The notes under the pieces were generated by a model. The model was not told where the DNA came from. It saw nothing but the letters and a program-made list of their open reading frames with translations, and made no database searches. A stretch of DNA of 20,000 bases from Bacteriovoracaceae bacterium (GTDB lineage Bacteria; Bdellovibrionota; Bacteriovoracia; Bacteriovoracales; Bacteriovoracaceae). Made by a program: the position numbers and the translations under genes. Below, piece by piece: positions 7,720-16,275 of this stretch. Numbering within the stretch: the first letter of the stretch is position 1; every line of letters starts with the position of its first letter. The DNA lies in the NCBI GenBank assembly GCA_018649885.1, contig JABIHA010000011.1, positions 50,621-70,620 on the forward strand. The letters run 5' to 3'.

Positions 7720-8961
7720 CTATTTAAATCTCACAATCATGCCCTCGCGAACATTTTTGTTTCTATATTTTCTAAAAATTTTAATTACTGATGTTTTAGG
7801 TCTGACTTCAAAAACAACTCCCGACCCTATTAATACATGACCACCAAGATAATCACCTTCGTAAATATCAACCTTTTGGCCTTTGTAAACATCTTCAGCT
7901 ATTCCTCTATCACTTTTAATAAATCTCTCTCTTGGAGAAACCTTGGTAATGGCACCTTCAACTTCATAGTCTTTATACTGAGAAATAATGATTTCTTTTT
8001 CCTCAATGCCATGTCCTGTATAGACAATCGCCAGTGAAACCCCTGTGCCCATATCTGTTGAATTTCCTCTAAATGTCCTGTAACCCCTGAGTTCTGCTTT
8101 AACTTTTTCAGAGAAGGAGGCATTGGCACCAATATAGGGAGTTGTAATTGTTCTGTTTACACTATTCCACAAATAAGTGGCGCCAGTTCCAAGTGGAGTC
8201 CTAGCTGATGGAGTCGTTGAATGATCTGATGTCTTTAAAGATTCGATGCCCCTGACACCGGCGATCCAGCCAATATTTCCTGTAATGAAGGCGAGCTCTG
8301 AGTACCAAACAATTTCTTGGGATAGCTGTCTATTGGGGAAATTAACACCAATGCTGTTTGACCATAGAGTCCTGTAAGACATTTTATTGGCAAAGCGAAC
8401 ACCAAGCTCAATATTATTTTCTCCATCCCCAAGAACAATATTAGTATAAGGATCTAAGTAATTATAAGCATCATTGTTGTAGGTACTGGCACGATACTGA
8501 ACATACATTCCTATAAGCCATGAGCCAGACGGATCAAAGCTATACTGACCGCCTAAGAGATAGGATTCTATGCCATTTTTTTTAGCATCGTGATAGACGG
8601 AAGATGTCGTTGTACCGGTAGTCGTGGTGGCTCCAAGCTGTCTTGAAGTATTGGAGCGGTACCGAAGCCCCAGGTAAACCTCCATATTCTCGGCAAAGCC
8701 ATAGCGCATTTGGAGATCGCCTTCCCACTTTTGATAGCTTTCACCACTGTCCATGGTAACGCTCTTGCCCTGCTCATCCCAATGTTTTGAGGTTTTGAAG
8801 TAATCAACGGTGCCCCAAACTTGATAGCCTTTAAAACCCATACCATGGGCCCTCGCACGATATACAGCTTCTTTGGAATAACCCATCGCCCTGGGTTGCA
8901 GAAGTATAATCGAGAGAATGTATAAAAGGACATAAGGTCCTATTTTAAAATTCTGGAACAT
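7720..8961 (-). CDS. Putative outer-membrane beta-barrel protein with a small C-terminal beta domain (FlgT_C-like)
   Basis: Signal peptide, then alternating aromatic/Gly beta-strand patterns (MRYGFAENMEVYLGLRYR, LGDGENNIELGVRF, TPYIGANASF, TGVSLAIVY). The last ~85 aa form a separate domain (IKSDRGIAEDVYKGQKVDIY...GSGVVFEV...VREGMIVRF). Confidence 0.65.
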   Translation of the reverse strand: MFQNFKIGPYVLLYILSIILLQPRAMGYSKEAVYRARAHGMGFKGYQVWGTVDYFKTSKHWDEQGKSVTMDSGESYQKWEGDLQMRYGFAENMEVYLGLRYRSNTSRQLGATTTTGTTTSSVYHDAKKNGIESYLLGGQYSFDPSGSWLIGMYVQYRASTYNNDAYNYLDPYTNIVLGDGENNIELGVRFANKMSYRTLWSNSIGVNFPNRQLSQEIVWYSELAFITGNIGWIAGVRGIESLKTSDHSTTPSARTPLGTGATYLWNSVNRTITTPYIGANASFSEKVKAELRGYRTFRGNSTDMGTGVSLAIVYTGHGIEEKEIIISQYKDYEVEGAITKVSPRERFIKSDRGIAEDVYKGQKVDIYEGDYLGGHVLIGSGVVFEVRPKTSVIKIFRKYRNKNVREGMIVRFK

Positions 8962-8980
8962 GGTCTTTCCTATTTATACT

Positions 8981-9009
8981 ATTATATATAGGTAGGACTA
9001 TCTCCTCAA
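8981..9009 (-). promoter_or_regulatory. Putative sigma70 promoter for the beta-barrel gene
   Basis: Minus strand reads TTGAGG-N17-TATAAT, ending 19 nt before the ATG at 8961, with an AGGAAAG RBS in between. Confidence 0.55.
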
Positions 9010-9050
9010 GTTTTTGAAAACAGGAAAGAATTGTAGGGACAATTAATTGA

Positions 9051-9644
9051 CTAAAATGTTCCGATGAATGGCGCAGAAGTTGCGTAGGACTCAGATTCAA
9101 AGCTAAAAGGATTTCCAACAGCAGTCCAGCCACACAAAGTTTTCTCAAACAAAGTAATTTGCTCGATTTTTAATTGAAATGGAAATTCTAAATATTCTGA
9201 ACAAGCTTCAATTGCAGAGTGCAAATCTTCTTCTTCTTTATATTTTCCCAGCAAGATGTAGCTGCTTTGAAAGTATTTTCTTTCTGGGCCAACCTCTTTT
9301 GAAAATTGATAATTGCCCATTAATAGTTTTTGAAAATGATAAAGTTCGTCTCGAATTTGGGATTTTAAAAATAAGAAATTCTTTCTCCCCTTAAAAACCT
9401 CCACTCCAGAACACTCAACAGTGATATTTCCAAGTCCACTAAAGAAGCTATCAGCATCATCATAGAGGTCTTCGAGTACCTTTGCTTTAAATTGATTTTC
9501 TAATTCGAAAGGAGGTGTGAGAGAAGCATAGATTTCTCCACTGCCAAAGCCACCCGGATCAAATCTTTTTTTTAATTGAATGATTCCGTTGACCTGAGAA
9601 TTACTGTTAGGAAATGTAATACCAATAAAGAATTTTGACTTCAC
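9051..9644 (-). CDS. 2'-5' RNA ligase / 2H phosphoesterase-family protein, probably catalytically degenerate
   Basis: Family layout: KFFIGITFP start, YASLTPPF (for HxTLxPPF), GVEVF..NFLFL, SSYILLGK (for PHITL), and FQLKIEQITLFEK...W end. GTG start with AAGGAGG RBS. Confidence 0.65.
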   Translation of the reverse strand: MKSKFFIGITFPNSNSQVNGIIQLKKRFDPGGFGSGEIYASLTPPFELENQFKAKVLEDLYDDADSFFSGLGNITVECSGVEVFKGRKNFLFLKSQIRDELYHFQKLLMGNYQFSKEVGPERKYFQSSYILLGKYKEEEDLHSAIEACSEYLEFPFQLKIEQITLFEKTLCGWTAVGNPFSFESESYATSAPFIGTF

Positions 9645-9776
9645 TCGTATCCTCCTTAGAGTCAGAGAGCACGCCTACATAAAGCGTAGACGTTATTTAA
9701 GGTCGGTGCAAGAGAAAAATATTTTCTATTGGTAATTGATTTTAAAAACGGGGAGTTAGCATTTAAAGTGTGCCTT

Positions 9777-11096
9777 TTAGGCAGCTTTCTTGTGTTCACT
9801 ACTTTTAATGACATCAACAGGTATATTGACTTCAGTTACCCAGAATGGGTCATCAAGATAGAGCTTTACATGTCCCTCTAATGAATCCACTTGCCCCATC
9901 AGAGCTTGATAATGATTAGATATTTGATCCTCTTCTATTGGATTACTTTTATCATCGCTCAGAATTAATTTTTGCAGCTTTTTGTCTAATGAGCTTTGAA
10001 TATCACGGATAGAACTCTTAAGGTTAAAGATTTTATTTTTAAGTGAAATTTTAAATACTCCACCCTCAAGTGAAAAGGTTAAATCGATAATCAAAGGCCC
10101 CTTACCATCTCCTTCTAAATATCTCATTTTGAATAAATTCGACAATATTCTCGTAATATTGGCCCTTGGTATAAAAAAATCTTCTCCTCCAGAAAGAGGA
10201 TCTCCAATTTGATCAACAAAATTCACATCAATAGAGCCTACGTAAGAAGAAAAATATGCATCAATTAATATATCGAGTTCGAGTTTAAACTTTGAGAATT
10301 TGATCCGCCCAGAAGATGGAATTCCTACGGTGGAAAGATCGAATTGATCTCTCAAAATATATTTATAGGTTTTAATATGTGAAATCAGACTAAGCGTTTC
10401 ACTCTCACTTAATCCTCTGCCAAGTGCAATTCGTTTTTTAGCGAACACCTCAAGATTGTTAAATAATGTGACCATATCATAGAAGAAATTTTTATCTCTT
10501 CTATCGAGCCACAAATCTCCTCTTTCAACCTCTTCACTGCAAAGCTGCTGATCTCTCCCCTTAAGTGAAGAAATAAAACTCATGCCAAATTGAGAACCAT
10601 AGTAGCAAAGTGCCAAAAGTTTAGCAGCAAAAACGAGTAGCACCCATAAGAAGAGGACTTCGCTTATTGGCCTTTGTTTTATTTGAAAAACAAATATACC
10701 AGAAAAGTAAATGGAAACTCCTAGAGCAAATAGTCCAACTCCTTTTTTCCTACCTTCTCTAAAATGAGAAGAAGAAATTTGCCAGATGGCCGGACCTAAG
10801 GCCAGTAGAAGTGGAAGTGGATTTGCCCACTCTATTCCAATTCCAGCAGCAGAGAGCACTTGAAATAGGAGATAAAACTGAACAAATTTTTTCTTATTTT
10901 GTGCCCAATAATAACTGAAATGAGCAAGACCGTACCAGGTAGTTAAAAGCAAGGTCATTAAATAAAAATTATGATAGACGAAATTCGAATTTGTACTAAC
11001 ACCAGCAAATGTGACTAAGAAATAAAAGGCACTACTAATGAACATGTAGGCCTTAAAAGGAATGTGGAAGCCATTTTTTTTCTCAAGTCTGGTCAT
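9777..11096 (-). CDS. Multi-pass membrane protein with a degenerate histidine-kinase-like cytoplasmic region
   Basis: About 5-6 hydrophobic helices in the first ~170 aa. DKNFFYDMVTLFNNL sits at the expected H-box and ITRILSNLFK at the N-box; the C-terminal strands resemble HATPase (VDSLEGHVKL...WVTEVNIP). AAAGGA RBS. Confidence 0.6.
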   Translation of the reverse strand: MTRLEKKNGFHIPFKAYMFISSAFYFLVTFAGVSTNSNFVYHNFYLMTLLLTTWYGLAHFSYYWAQNKKKFVQFYLLFQVLSAAGIGIEWANPLPLLLALGPAIWQISSSHFREGRKKGVGLFALGVSIYFSGIFVFQIKQRPISEVLFLWVLLVFAAKLLALCYYGSQFGMSFISSLKGRDQQLCSEEVERGDLWLDRRDKNFFYDMVTLFNNLEVFAKKRIALGRGLSESETLSLISHIKTYKYILRDQFDLSTVGIPSSGRIKFSKFKLELDILIDAYFSSYVGSIDVNFVDQIGDPLSGGEDFFIPRANITRILSNLFKMRYLEGDGKGPLIIDLTFSLEGGVFKISLKNKIFNLKSSIRDIQSSLDKKLQKLILSDDKSNPIEEDQISNHYQALMGQVDSLEGHVKLYLDDPFWVTEVNIPVDVIKSSEHKKAA

Positions 11097-11141
11097 CTCT
11101 ATCCTTTAATACTCTGCGTAGATGACCAGTTTAATCCTGCA

Positions 11142-12422
11142 CTATTTTACAGGTTCAAATATGGCCTGATCACCAAGAGTTTCTTCTATGCGAAGCAACT
11201 GGTTGTACTTTTCCATCCGATCAGAACGACTAGCTGACCCCGTTTTAATGTGGCCTGCACCTGAAGCCACGCTGAGATCACTAATAAAGCTATCGCCAGT
11301 TTCACCTGAGCGGTGTGAGATGATAGCCTTGAGTCCGTTTTTAAATGCCAAATCAAGAGTGTCAAAGGTCTCACTGAGAGTTCCAATTTGATTGACCTTG
11401 ATCAATATGGCATTGGCCTGCTTCTCTTCTATACCCTTGGCGAGTATCTTCTTGTTGGTGACAAATAAGTCGTCACCAATAATCACTACGCGTTCCCCAA
11501 GCTCTCTTGTCATGTTTACCCAGCCATTAAAATCAGCTTCGGCATGACCATCTTCGATAGAATAGATCGGGTATTTGTCCATTAAACTTGAGTAATATCC
11601 TACCATGTCTTGTGAGCTAAACTCCTTAGATTGCATGAGATATTTCCCATCTTGATAGAATTCTGAGCTAGCAGAGTCTAAGGCCAGTGAGATATCACTA
11701 CCCGGCTCATATCCAGCAGATTTTATTGACTCTAAAATTAGATCAATGGCCTCTTCATGAGATGACAAATTGGGTGCAAAGCCCCCCTCATCGCCTACAT
11801 TAGTGGAATAACCTTTTCCGGATAACACTTTTTTAAGAGCATGAAATGTTTCAACACCCGCTCTAAAATTCTCACTAAAACTTTTTTTCATATGGGGAAC
11901 AATCATGAATTCTTGAATATCAAGATTATTAGAAGCATGCTCTCCGCCGTTAATTATATTCATTAAGGGAGTGGGAAGAGAGAGCTTCCCTCCTGCATTT
12001 GGACACTTTAAATCCTCAAATAAATAAAGAAAAAGAGGCTTTTTGACATCTAAGGCCCCTGCTCTTGCACAGGCCAAACTGACGGCGAGCATTGCATTGG
12101 CACCCAAATTCTTTTTATATTCATCGCCATCTAAATCCAGCATTTTTTGATCAATATCTCTTTGGTCACACACTTCCATTCCCAAAACTTGTGGAGCAAT
12201 TTTGTCCATAATATTGGCAACGGCCTTTCTAACTGATTTTCCGCAGTAATAGCTTTTATCACCATCTCTAAGCTCTAGGGCCTCTCTACTGCCTGTTGAA
12301 GCGCCTGAAGGCACAGCTGCTCTGCCAAGGTTACCCAAACTGGTAAGTACATCAACCTCTACCGTCGGATTTCCTCTAGAATCTAGAATTTGTCTTGCAT
12401 GAATTTTTTCTATTTTTGACAT
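11142..12422 (-). CDS. eno: Enolase (phosphopyruvate hydratase)
   Basis: [64 protein letters not shown] and [10 protein letters not shown]. Start moved to ATG 12422 (GAGG RBS). Confidence 0.98.
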   Translation of the reverse strand: MSKIEKIHARQILDSRGNPTVEVDVLTSLGNLGRAAVPSGASTGSREALELRDGDKSYYCGKSVRKAVANIMDKIAPQVLGMEVCDQRDIDQKMLDLDGDEYKKNLGANAMLAVSLACARAGALDVKKPLFLYLFEDLKCPNAGGKLSLPTPLMNIINGGEHASNNLDIQEFMIVPHMKKSFSENFRAGVETFHALKKVLSGKGYSTNVGDEGGFAPNLSSHEEAIDLILESIKSAGYEPGSDISLALDSASSEFYQDGKYLMQSKEFSSQDMVGYYSSLMDKYPIYSIEDGHAEADFNGWVNMTRELGERVVIIGDDLFVTNKKILAKGIEEKQANAILIKVNQIGTLSETFDTLDLAFKNGLKAIISHRSGETGDSFISDLSVASGAGHIKTGSASRSDRMEKYNQLLRIEETLGDQAIFEPVK

Positions 12423-12524
12423 GGGTGACCTCACTTGGAACAAATGTGTTCGTCATTAAACCACGTTCCGACTAATTCGCCTAGACTCTGAATGGTCATT
12501 TTAATTTATAAAGAAATTTTTCTT

Positions 12525-13658
12525 CTATGCAGCTTTTTTTGAGATCTTTTGAACCCATTCGGGAGCAATAAATTTTGACTTGGGAAATGGCAGCTTATTA
12601 ACCACTATCTGATCGAAGAAAGTGGGAAGGTAGTTGCAAGCAACCACCTCCCCAATGTACTTCCCGGTCTGCTCATCTTTGCCCGTTTGCATCCACCTAA
12701 AAATGTCACGCACAATATAACGACCGAATTCATCTACTCCTAAAACTTCACTAATATGAGAGGTTCTTCTACCACCATCAGAATAACGACTGCACTGGAC
12801 CACCAACTGAAGGGCCGAGCCCACCATTTTTCTTACTGCATCGGGAGGAATTTGTGTATCCCCCATAAGTGCTAAGGTCTCAAGTCTAGTGCATGCCTCC
12901 GAAGGGTTATTGGCGTGAACCGTGCCCATAGAACCATCATGACCAGTATTCATAACTTGAATCAAATCCATTGCCTCTACCCCACGAACTTCACCGACAA
13001 TAATCCTATCAGGCCTTAGTCTCATAGCACTTTGTACTAAATGGGTGATACTCACTGGTTTGATTCCTCTATCTTTATTTTCATGTCTGGCCTCAAAATA
13101 CACCACATGCTCAGCATCCACCTGTAGCTCTGCTGCATCTTCTATGACCAGTAATCTTTGAGTTTTTGGAATTCTTCCCCCCAGAACATTGAGCATAGTG
13201 GTTTTACCAGAGCCCGTTCCCCCAGAGACTAAAATATTTTTACCTAAATGAACGCAGATATCTAAAAAGCGAGCAGCATCAGCGGAAAGAGATCCAAAAT
13301 TAATAAGGTCTTTTAAGGTCAAATCATCTTTTGAAAATTTTCTGATGGCAACTGTTGTACCCATTTTTGCCATTGGAGGTAATACAGCGTGAATTCTAGA
13401 TCCATCTGGGAGCCTAGCATCTAGTCTGGGATTGTCATCATCAATGACTCTACCAACAGATTGAGCAATGGCCCTGACAGCACTTTGAAGTGCTTCTTCA
13501 TCACTAAACTGATTGTCTGATTTATAGACCAGGCCTTTACGCTCAATGAAAATTTCTGAAGGCCCATTAATCATGACTTCTGACACCGAATCATCGGCCA
13601 ATAAATCACCAATGGGAGCAAGAAAATTTTTAATGGCCGATTCAAAAACTGTTGACAC
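12525..13658 (-). CDS. cpaF: CpaF/TadA-family pilus assembly (traffic) ATPase
   Basis: VSEVMING, DARLPDGSR, Walker A SGGTGSGKTT, IEDAAEL, RLRPDRIIVGEVRG and MNTGHDGSMGTVHANN. GTG start with AGAGG RBS. Confidence 0.92.
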   Translation of the reverse strand: MSTVFESAIKNFLAPIGDLLADDSVSEVMINGPSEIFIERKGLVYKSDNQFSDEEALQSAVRAIAQSVGRVIDDDNPRLDARLPDGSRIHAVLPPMAKMGTTVAIRKFSKDDLTLKDLINFGSLSADAARFLDICVHLGKNILVSGGTGSGKTTMLNVLGGRIPKTQRLLVIEDAAELQVDAEHVVYFEARHENKDRGIKPVSITHLVQSAMRLRPDRIIVGEVRGVEAMDLIQVMNTGHDGSMGTVHANNPSEACTRLETLALMGDTQIPPDAVRKMVGSALQLVVQCSRYSDGGRRTSHISEVLGVDEFGRYIVRDIFRWMQTGKDEQTGKYIGEVVACNYLPTFFDQIVVNKLPFPKSKFIAPEWVQKISKKAA

Positions 13659-13669
13659 AAAAACCTCTA

Positions 13670-14221
13670 TTATTCATCTCTAGGCAGCCAAAAAGATGGC
13701 CCATCTCTATATTCATCATTTGAATTATCATCTGAAATCTTGGAAGGCACTGAGGCAATCCCCCTACCAGCTACTGCACCAGGAGCTTTTGATCTAGGAA
13801 GAACTGTTATTTTTCCTTTAAATTTTTCAGAAGGACAAAAATATTCAATTTCCCCAAGAACATCAAATGAAACGAGCGCCTCATTAACAGATCCACTTAA
13901 GGCAGAAAGAAAAACATTCTTTTCTTTAAGAGTAAAACAGCTGGCAGTTTTTTTCGTGGAAGTCACAAAAAAGCGTACCTCCTCACCTTCAAAAATTGAA
14001 ATTCTATCAGGGTAATAACCGTGATCGGTGACGATTACTGATATCTCTCTCAAACCTCTGGGAAAATAGCGATCGGCCCTGCCGTCACTTTCATGGAACT
14101 TCTTATTATTAGATGCCCCTAACTCTTTCCCTGGTGAGTAATCGCTTATCTCTGATGCAGCTCCGGCCCAAAGATTTGGGCATGAGCTAAACACAATTAT
14201 GATTAAAAATACTTTATGCAT
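13670..14221 (-). CDS. Secreted cupredoxin-like domain protein
   Basis: Signal peptide, then EISVIVTDHGYYPDRISIFEGEEVRF...GEIEYFCPSEKFKGKITV (cupredoxin pattern). ATG 14221 preferred over GTG 14230 on RBS spacing; 11 nt upstream of cpaF. Confidence 0.7.
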   Translation of the reverse strand: MHKVFLIIIVFSSCPNLWAGAASEISDYSPGKELGASNNKKFHESDGRADRYFPRGLREISVIVTDHGYYPDRISIFEGEEVRFFVTSTKKTASCFTLKEKNVFLSALSGSVNEALVSFDVLGEIEYFCPSEKFKGKITVLPRSKAPGAVAGRGIASVPSKISDDNSNDEYRDGPSFWLPRDE

Positions 14222-14259
14222 ACAAAACACAACCTTTATTAAGATTAAATCTAGCTATT

Positions 14260-14287
14260 TAGTCGGCTATCCTAATTCGAATCTTGA
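14260..14287 (-). promoter_or_regulatory. Putative sigma28 (FliA)-type promoter upstream of cupredoxin-cpaF
   Basis: Minus strand reads TCAAG-attcgaattaggata-GCCGACTA, close to the T(A/C)AAG...GCCGATAA consensus, 38 nt upstream of the ATG. Confidence 0.55.
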
Positions 14288-14341
14288 GCATTTTTGTTGG
14301 GTTATAAAGATAATTCATTGGATATTTGTGAATTCGAATAG

Positions 14342-14926
14342 TTAGTCAGCAGCTAGAGCGCCTAGAAGTCCAGAATTTTTCGGGAAAACTACTACAAGAC
14401 CATTATCTCTACCTTTGTTTAGTTTGGCCTGCTTCAAATCAACATCGCTTGGGGCCAAAAATGAGGCACTAAACTCTACCGGTAACTTCAAACCCAATTT
14501 ATTGCTAAATGGGCCTTGATTAATGGTTCCCACCATTTTAAACATAGCACTGCCTAGGACAACTTCAATTTGAGCAACCTCACTGTTGCTGGCCTTGACG
14601 TGAAACATTCTAGAGCTCTTATTTTCTGTCCAAAAATATTTGATAGCACTTTGCCTGGAATTCCCTAGTACGGAATTTTTATAATTCTTCACACTATTTT
14701 TGAGTTGATTAAACAAAAGGAATTTTTCATCCCCTGAGCTTCCTCGGTCAGTTCCCTTTTTTAAAAAAAAGGAATTCTTTATTTTCTCTTTTTCATCTGG
14801 GAATAGTCGGTAAATCTTATTAACTAATTGATGGATATGATCTCTTTGTGAGTTCAAAACAGCTTGTTTTGACCACAACTGATCACTTGCGACAAATAAA
14901 ATACAAAGCATCCATGCTCGGTACAA
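14342..14926 (-). CDS. Hypothetical, probably exported protein
   Basis: Open frame 14342-15043. The likely start is TTG 14926 (AAGGA RBS; MYRAWMLCILFVASDQLWS looks like a signal peptide), with TATAAT boxes upstream. No family recognised. Confidence 0.55.
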   Translation of the reverse strand: MYRAWMLCILFVASDQLWSKQAVLNSQRDHIHQLVNKIYRLFPDEKEKIKNSFFLKKGTDRGSSGDEKFLLFNQLKNSVKNYKNSVLGNSRQSAIKYFWTENKSSRMFHVKASNSEVAQIEVVLGSAMFKMVGTINQGPFSNKLGLKLPVEFSASFLAPSDVDLKQAKLNKGRDNGLVVVFPKNSGLLGALAAD

Positions 14927-15153
14927 ATACGCTTCCTTGCAGAAATTATAAGTAATGTGTTTATTATACTTTACATAAAACCTGACACAACTGAGGGTAC
15001 CGGTCAGGAATGCCCGCAATGCTCCGTGCCTAAGTCCTAACAATTGCTTACATCATCCCATGTAAGAAAATGATTCGTAGACAATGAATTTGCATCCGCG
15101 TGAAAATATTCGTACGAAAAATTTACTTTGCTAAAGTATTTATGGAGGAATGT

Positions 15154-16038
15154 ATGAAAAGGACTTTGCTTGCCATTATGGCGATCACTTGTATTTTGAT
15201 GGCCCCGGCTTTCTCATGTGATGAGAGAGGACAAACAGGGATTGTTGAAGACAATGACTTATGGATTGGACAAGATGTAAAATCCGCATCGACTATCGAC
15301 GAAGCAGCATTTAACAAAATTATCGATGACATTGGTAAAATCTACTCACCAATGGTTGCCAAAAAAGGTGGGAAGCTCACTTTTATCAGAAATTGGTCTG
15401 ATGGTACTGTCAACGCTTACGCTAGCAGAAAAGGCAATATTTTTAATGTTGCTATGTACGGCGGACTTGCTCGTCATGATGCCATTACCCCTGATGGATT
15501 CGCTCTTGTTGTTTGTCATGAGTTAGGACACCACATTGGCGGCATCCCCAAGAAAAGATCATTCTTTGGAACAACATGGGCATCTACTGAAGGTCAAGCT
15601 GACTACTTCGGTAACCTTAAGTGTTTAAGAAATTATATGGAAGGTGATGACAATATTAAAATTATTGGCCTCATGAAAATTCCAGCTGATGTAAAAACTA
15701 TGTGTAATAAGCAATTTGCAGATGCTAACGATTCAGCAATTTGCCAAAGAGGATCAATGGCCGGTCTAAGCCTTGCAAACCTTTTTGCAAGCCTCAGAAA
15801 ATTTACTCAAGATAAATTTCCAGCCTTTGATAAATTAGATCGTAAAATCGTCTCAAAAACAAACCCTAACCATCCTGCTCCTCAGTGCCGACTAGATACT
15901 TATTTCGCAGGATCTATTTGTGAAATTGATAAAGCAACTGATGTTAGTGACAAGGACGAAGACGCTGGTGTTTGTTCAAGAAAGCTAGGCATAAAAATAG
16001 GAACGAGACCATTTTGCTGGTTTAAGCCTAAGGCATAA
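15154..16038 (+). CDS. Secreted zinc metallopeptidase (HEXXH, M48-like), Cys-rich
   Basis: ATG 15154 with GGAGG RBS and signal peptide. Motifs TVNAYA, MYGGLARH, VVCHELGHHIGG, EGQADYF and HPAPQCRLDTY; ends RPFCWFKP. Confidence 0.85.
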   Translation: MKRTLLAIMAITCILMAPAFSCDERGQTGIVEDNDLWIGQDVKSASTIDEAAFNKIIDDIGKIYSPMVAKKGGKLTFIRNWSDGTVNAYASRKGNIFNVAMYGGLARHDAITPDGFALVVCHELGHHIGGIPKKRSFFGTTWASTEGQADYFGNLKCLRNYMEGDDNIKIIGLMKIPADVKTMCNKQFADANDSAICQRGSMAGLSLANLFASLRKFTQDKFPAFDKLDRKIVSKTNPNHPAPQCRLDTYFAGSICEIDKATDVSDKDEDAGVCSRKLGIKIGTRPFCWFKPKA

Positions 16039-16057
16039 GAAAAAGTTTAATTTACAT

Positions 16058-16093
16058 AAAAAAACGGCCACTTACTTTGAGTGGCCTTTTTTT
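16058..16093. terminator. Bidirectional rho-independent terminator
   Basis: A7-C-GGCCACT-TACTTTG-AGTGGCC-T7, between the convergent metallopeptidase gene and the small ORF. Confidence 0.85.
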
Positions 16094-16114
16094 ATGGTAG
16101 TTTTCTTAGCTAGA

Positions 16115-16249
16115 TTACTTACTACTGCTAGACTTTGAAGCGAGCTCTCTTTTGGGAGACTGATTAGCTGATTTTTGAAATAGCGCTACACTGAAAATGA
16201 AAGTCCCAACAATTGAAAGTGTGATTAATTGAACTAGTGGATGCTTCAT
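16115..16249 (-). CDS. Small 44-aa membrane/exported peptide (below ORF-track cutoff)
   Basis: MKHPLVQLITLSIVGTFIFSVALFQKSANQSPKRELASKSSSSK*. GGGGG RBS 6 nt upstream, GCCGATAA box upstream, and terminator directly downstream. Confidence 0.65.
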   Translation of the reverse strand: MKHPLVQLITLSIVGTFIFSVALFQKSANQSPKRELASKSSSSK

Positions 16250-16275
16250 GGTTTTCCCCCAGTTTAGATACGGTC

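Noticed and set aside
9258..10481. Idea that the three His-to-Tyr codons are restored by RNA editing
   Set aside because: It would need U-to-C editing, which is not known in bacteria, and other catalytic motif residues are also degenerate.
15012..15040. CGCAATGCTCCGTGCCTAA resembles part of a c-di-GMP-I riboswitch
   Set aside because: The upstream GCAAA/GNRA P2 stem and downstream complementary strand are not recognisable; an Infernal hit would be needed.
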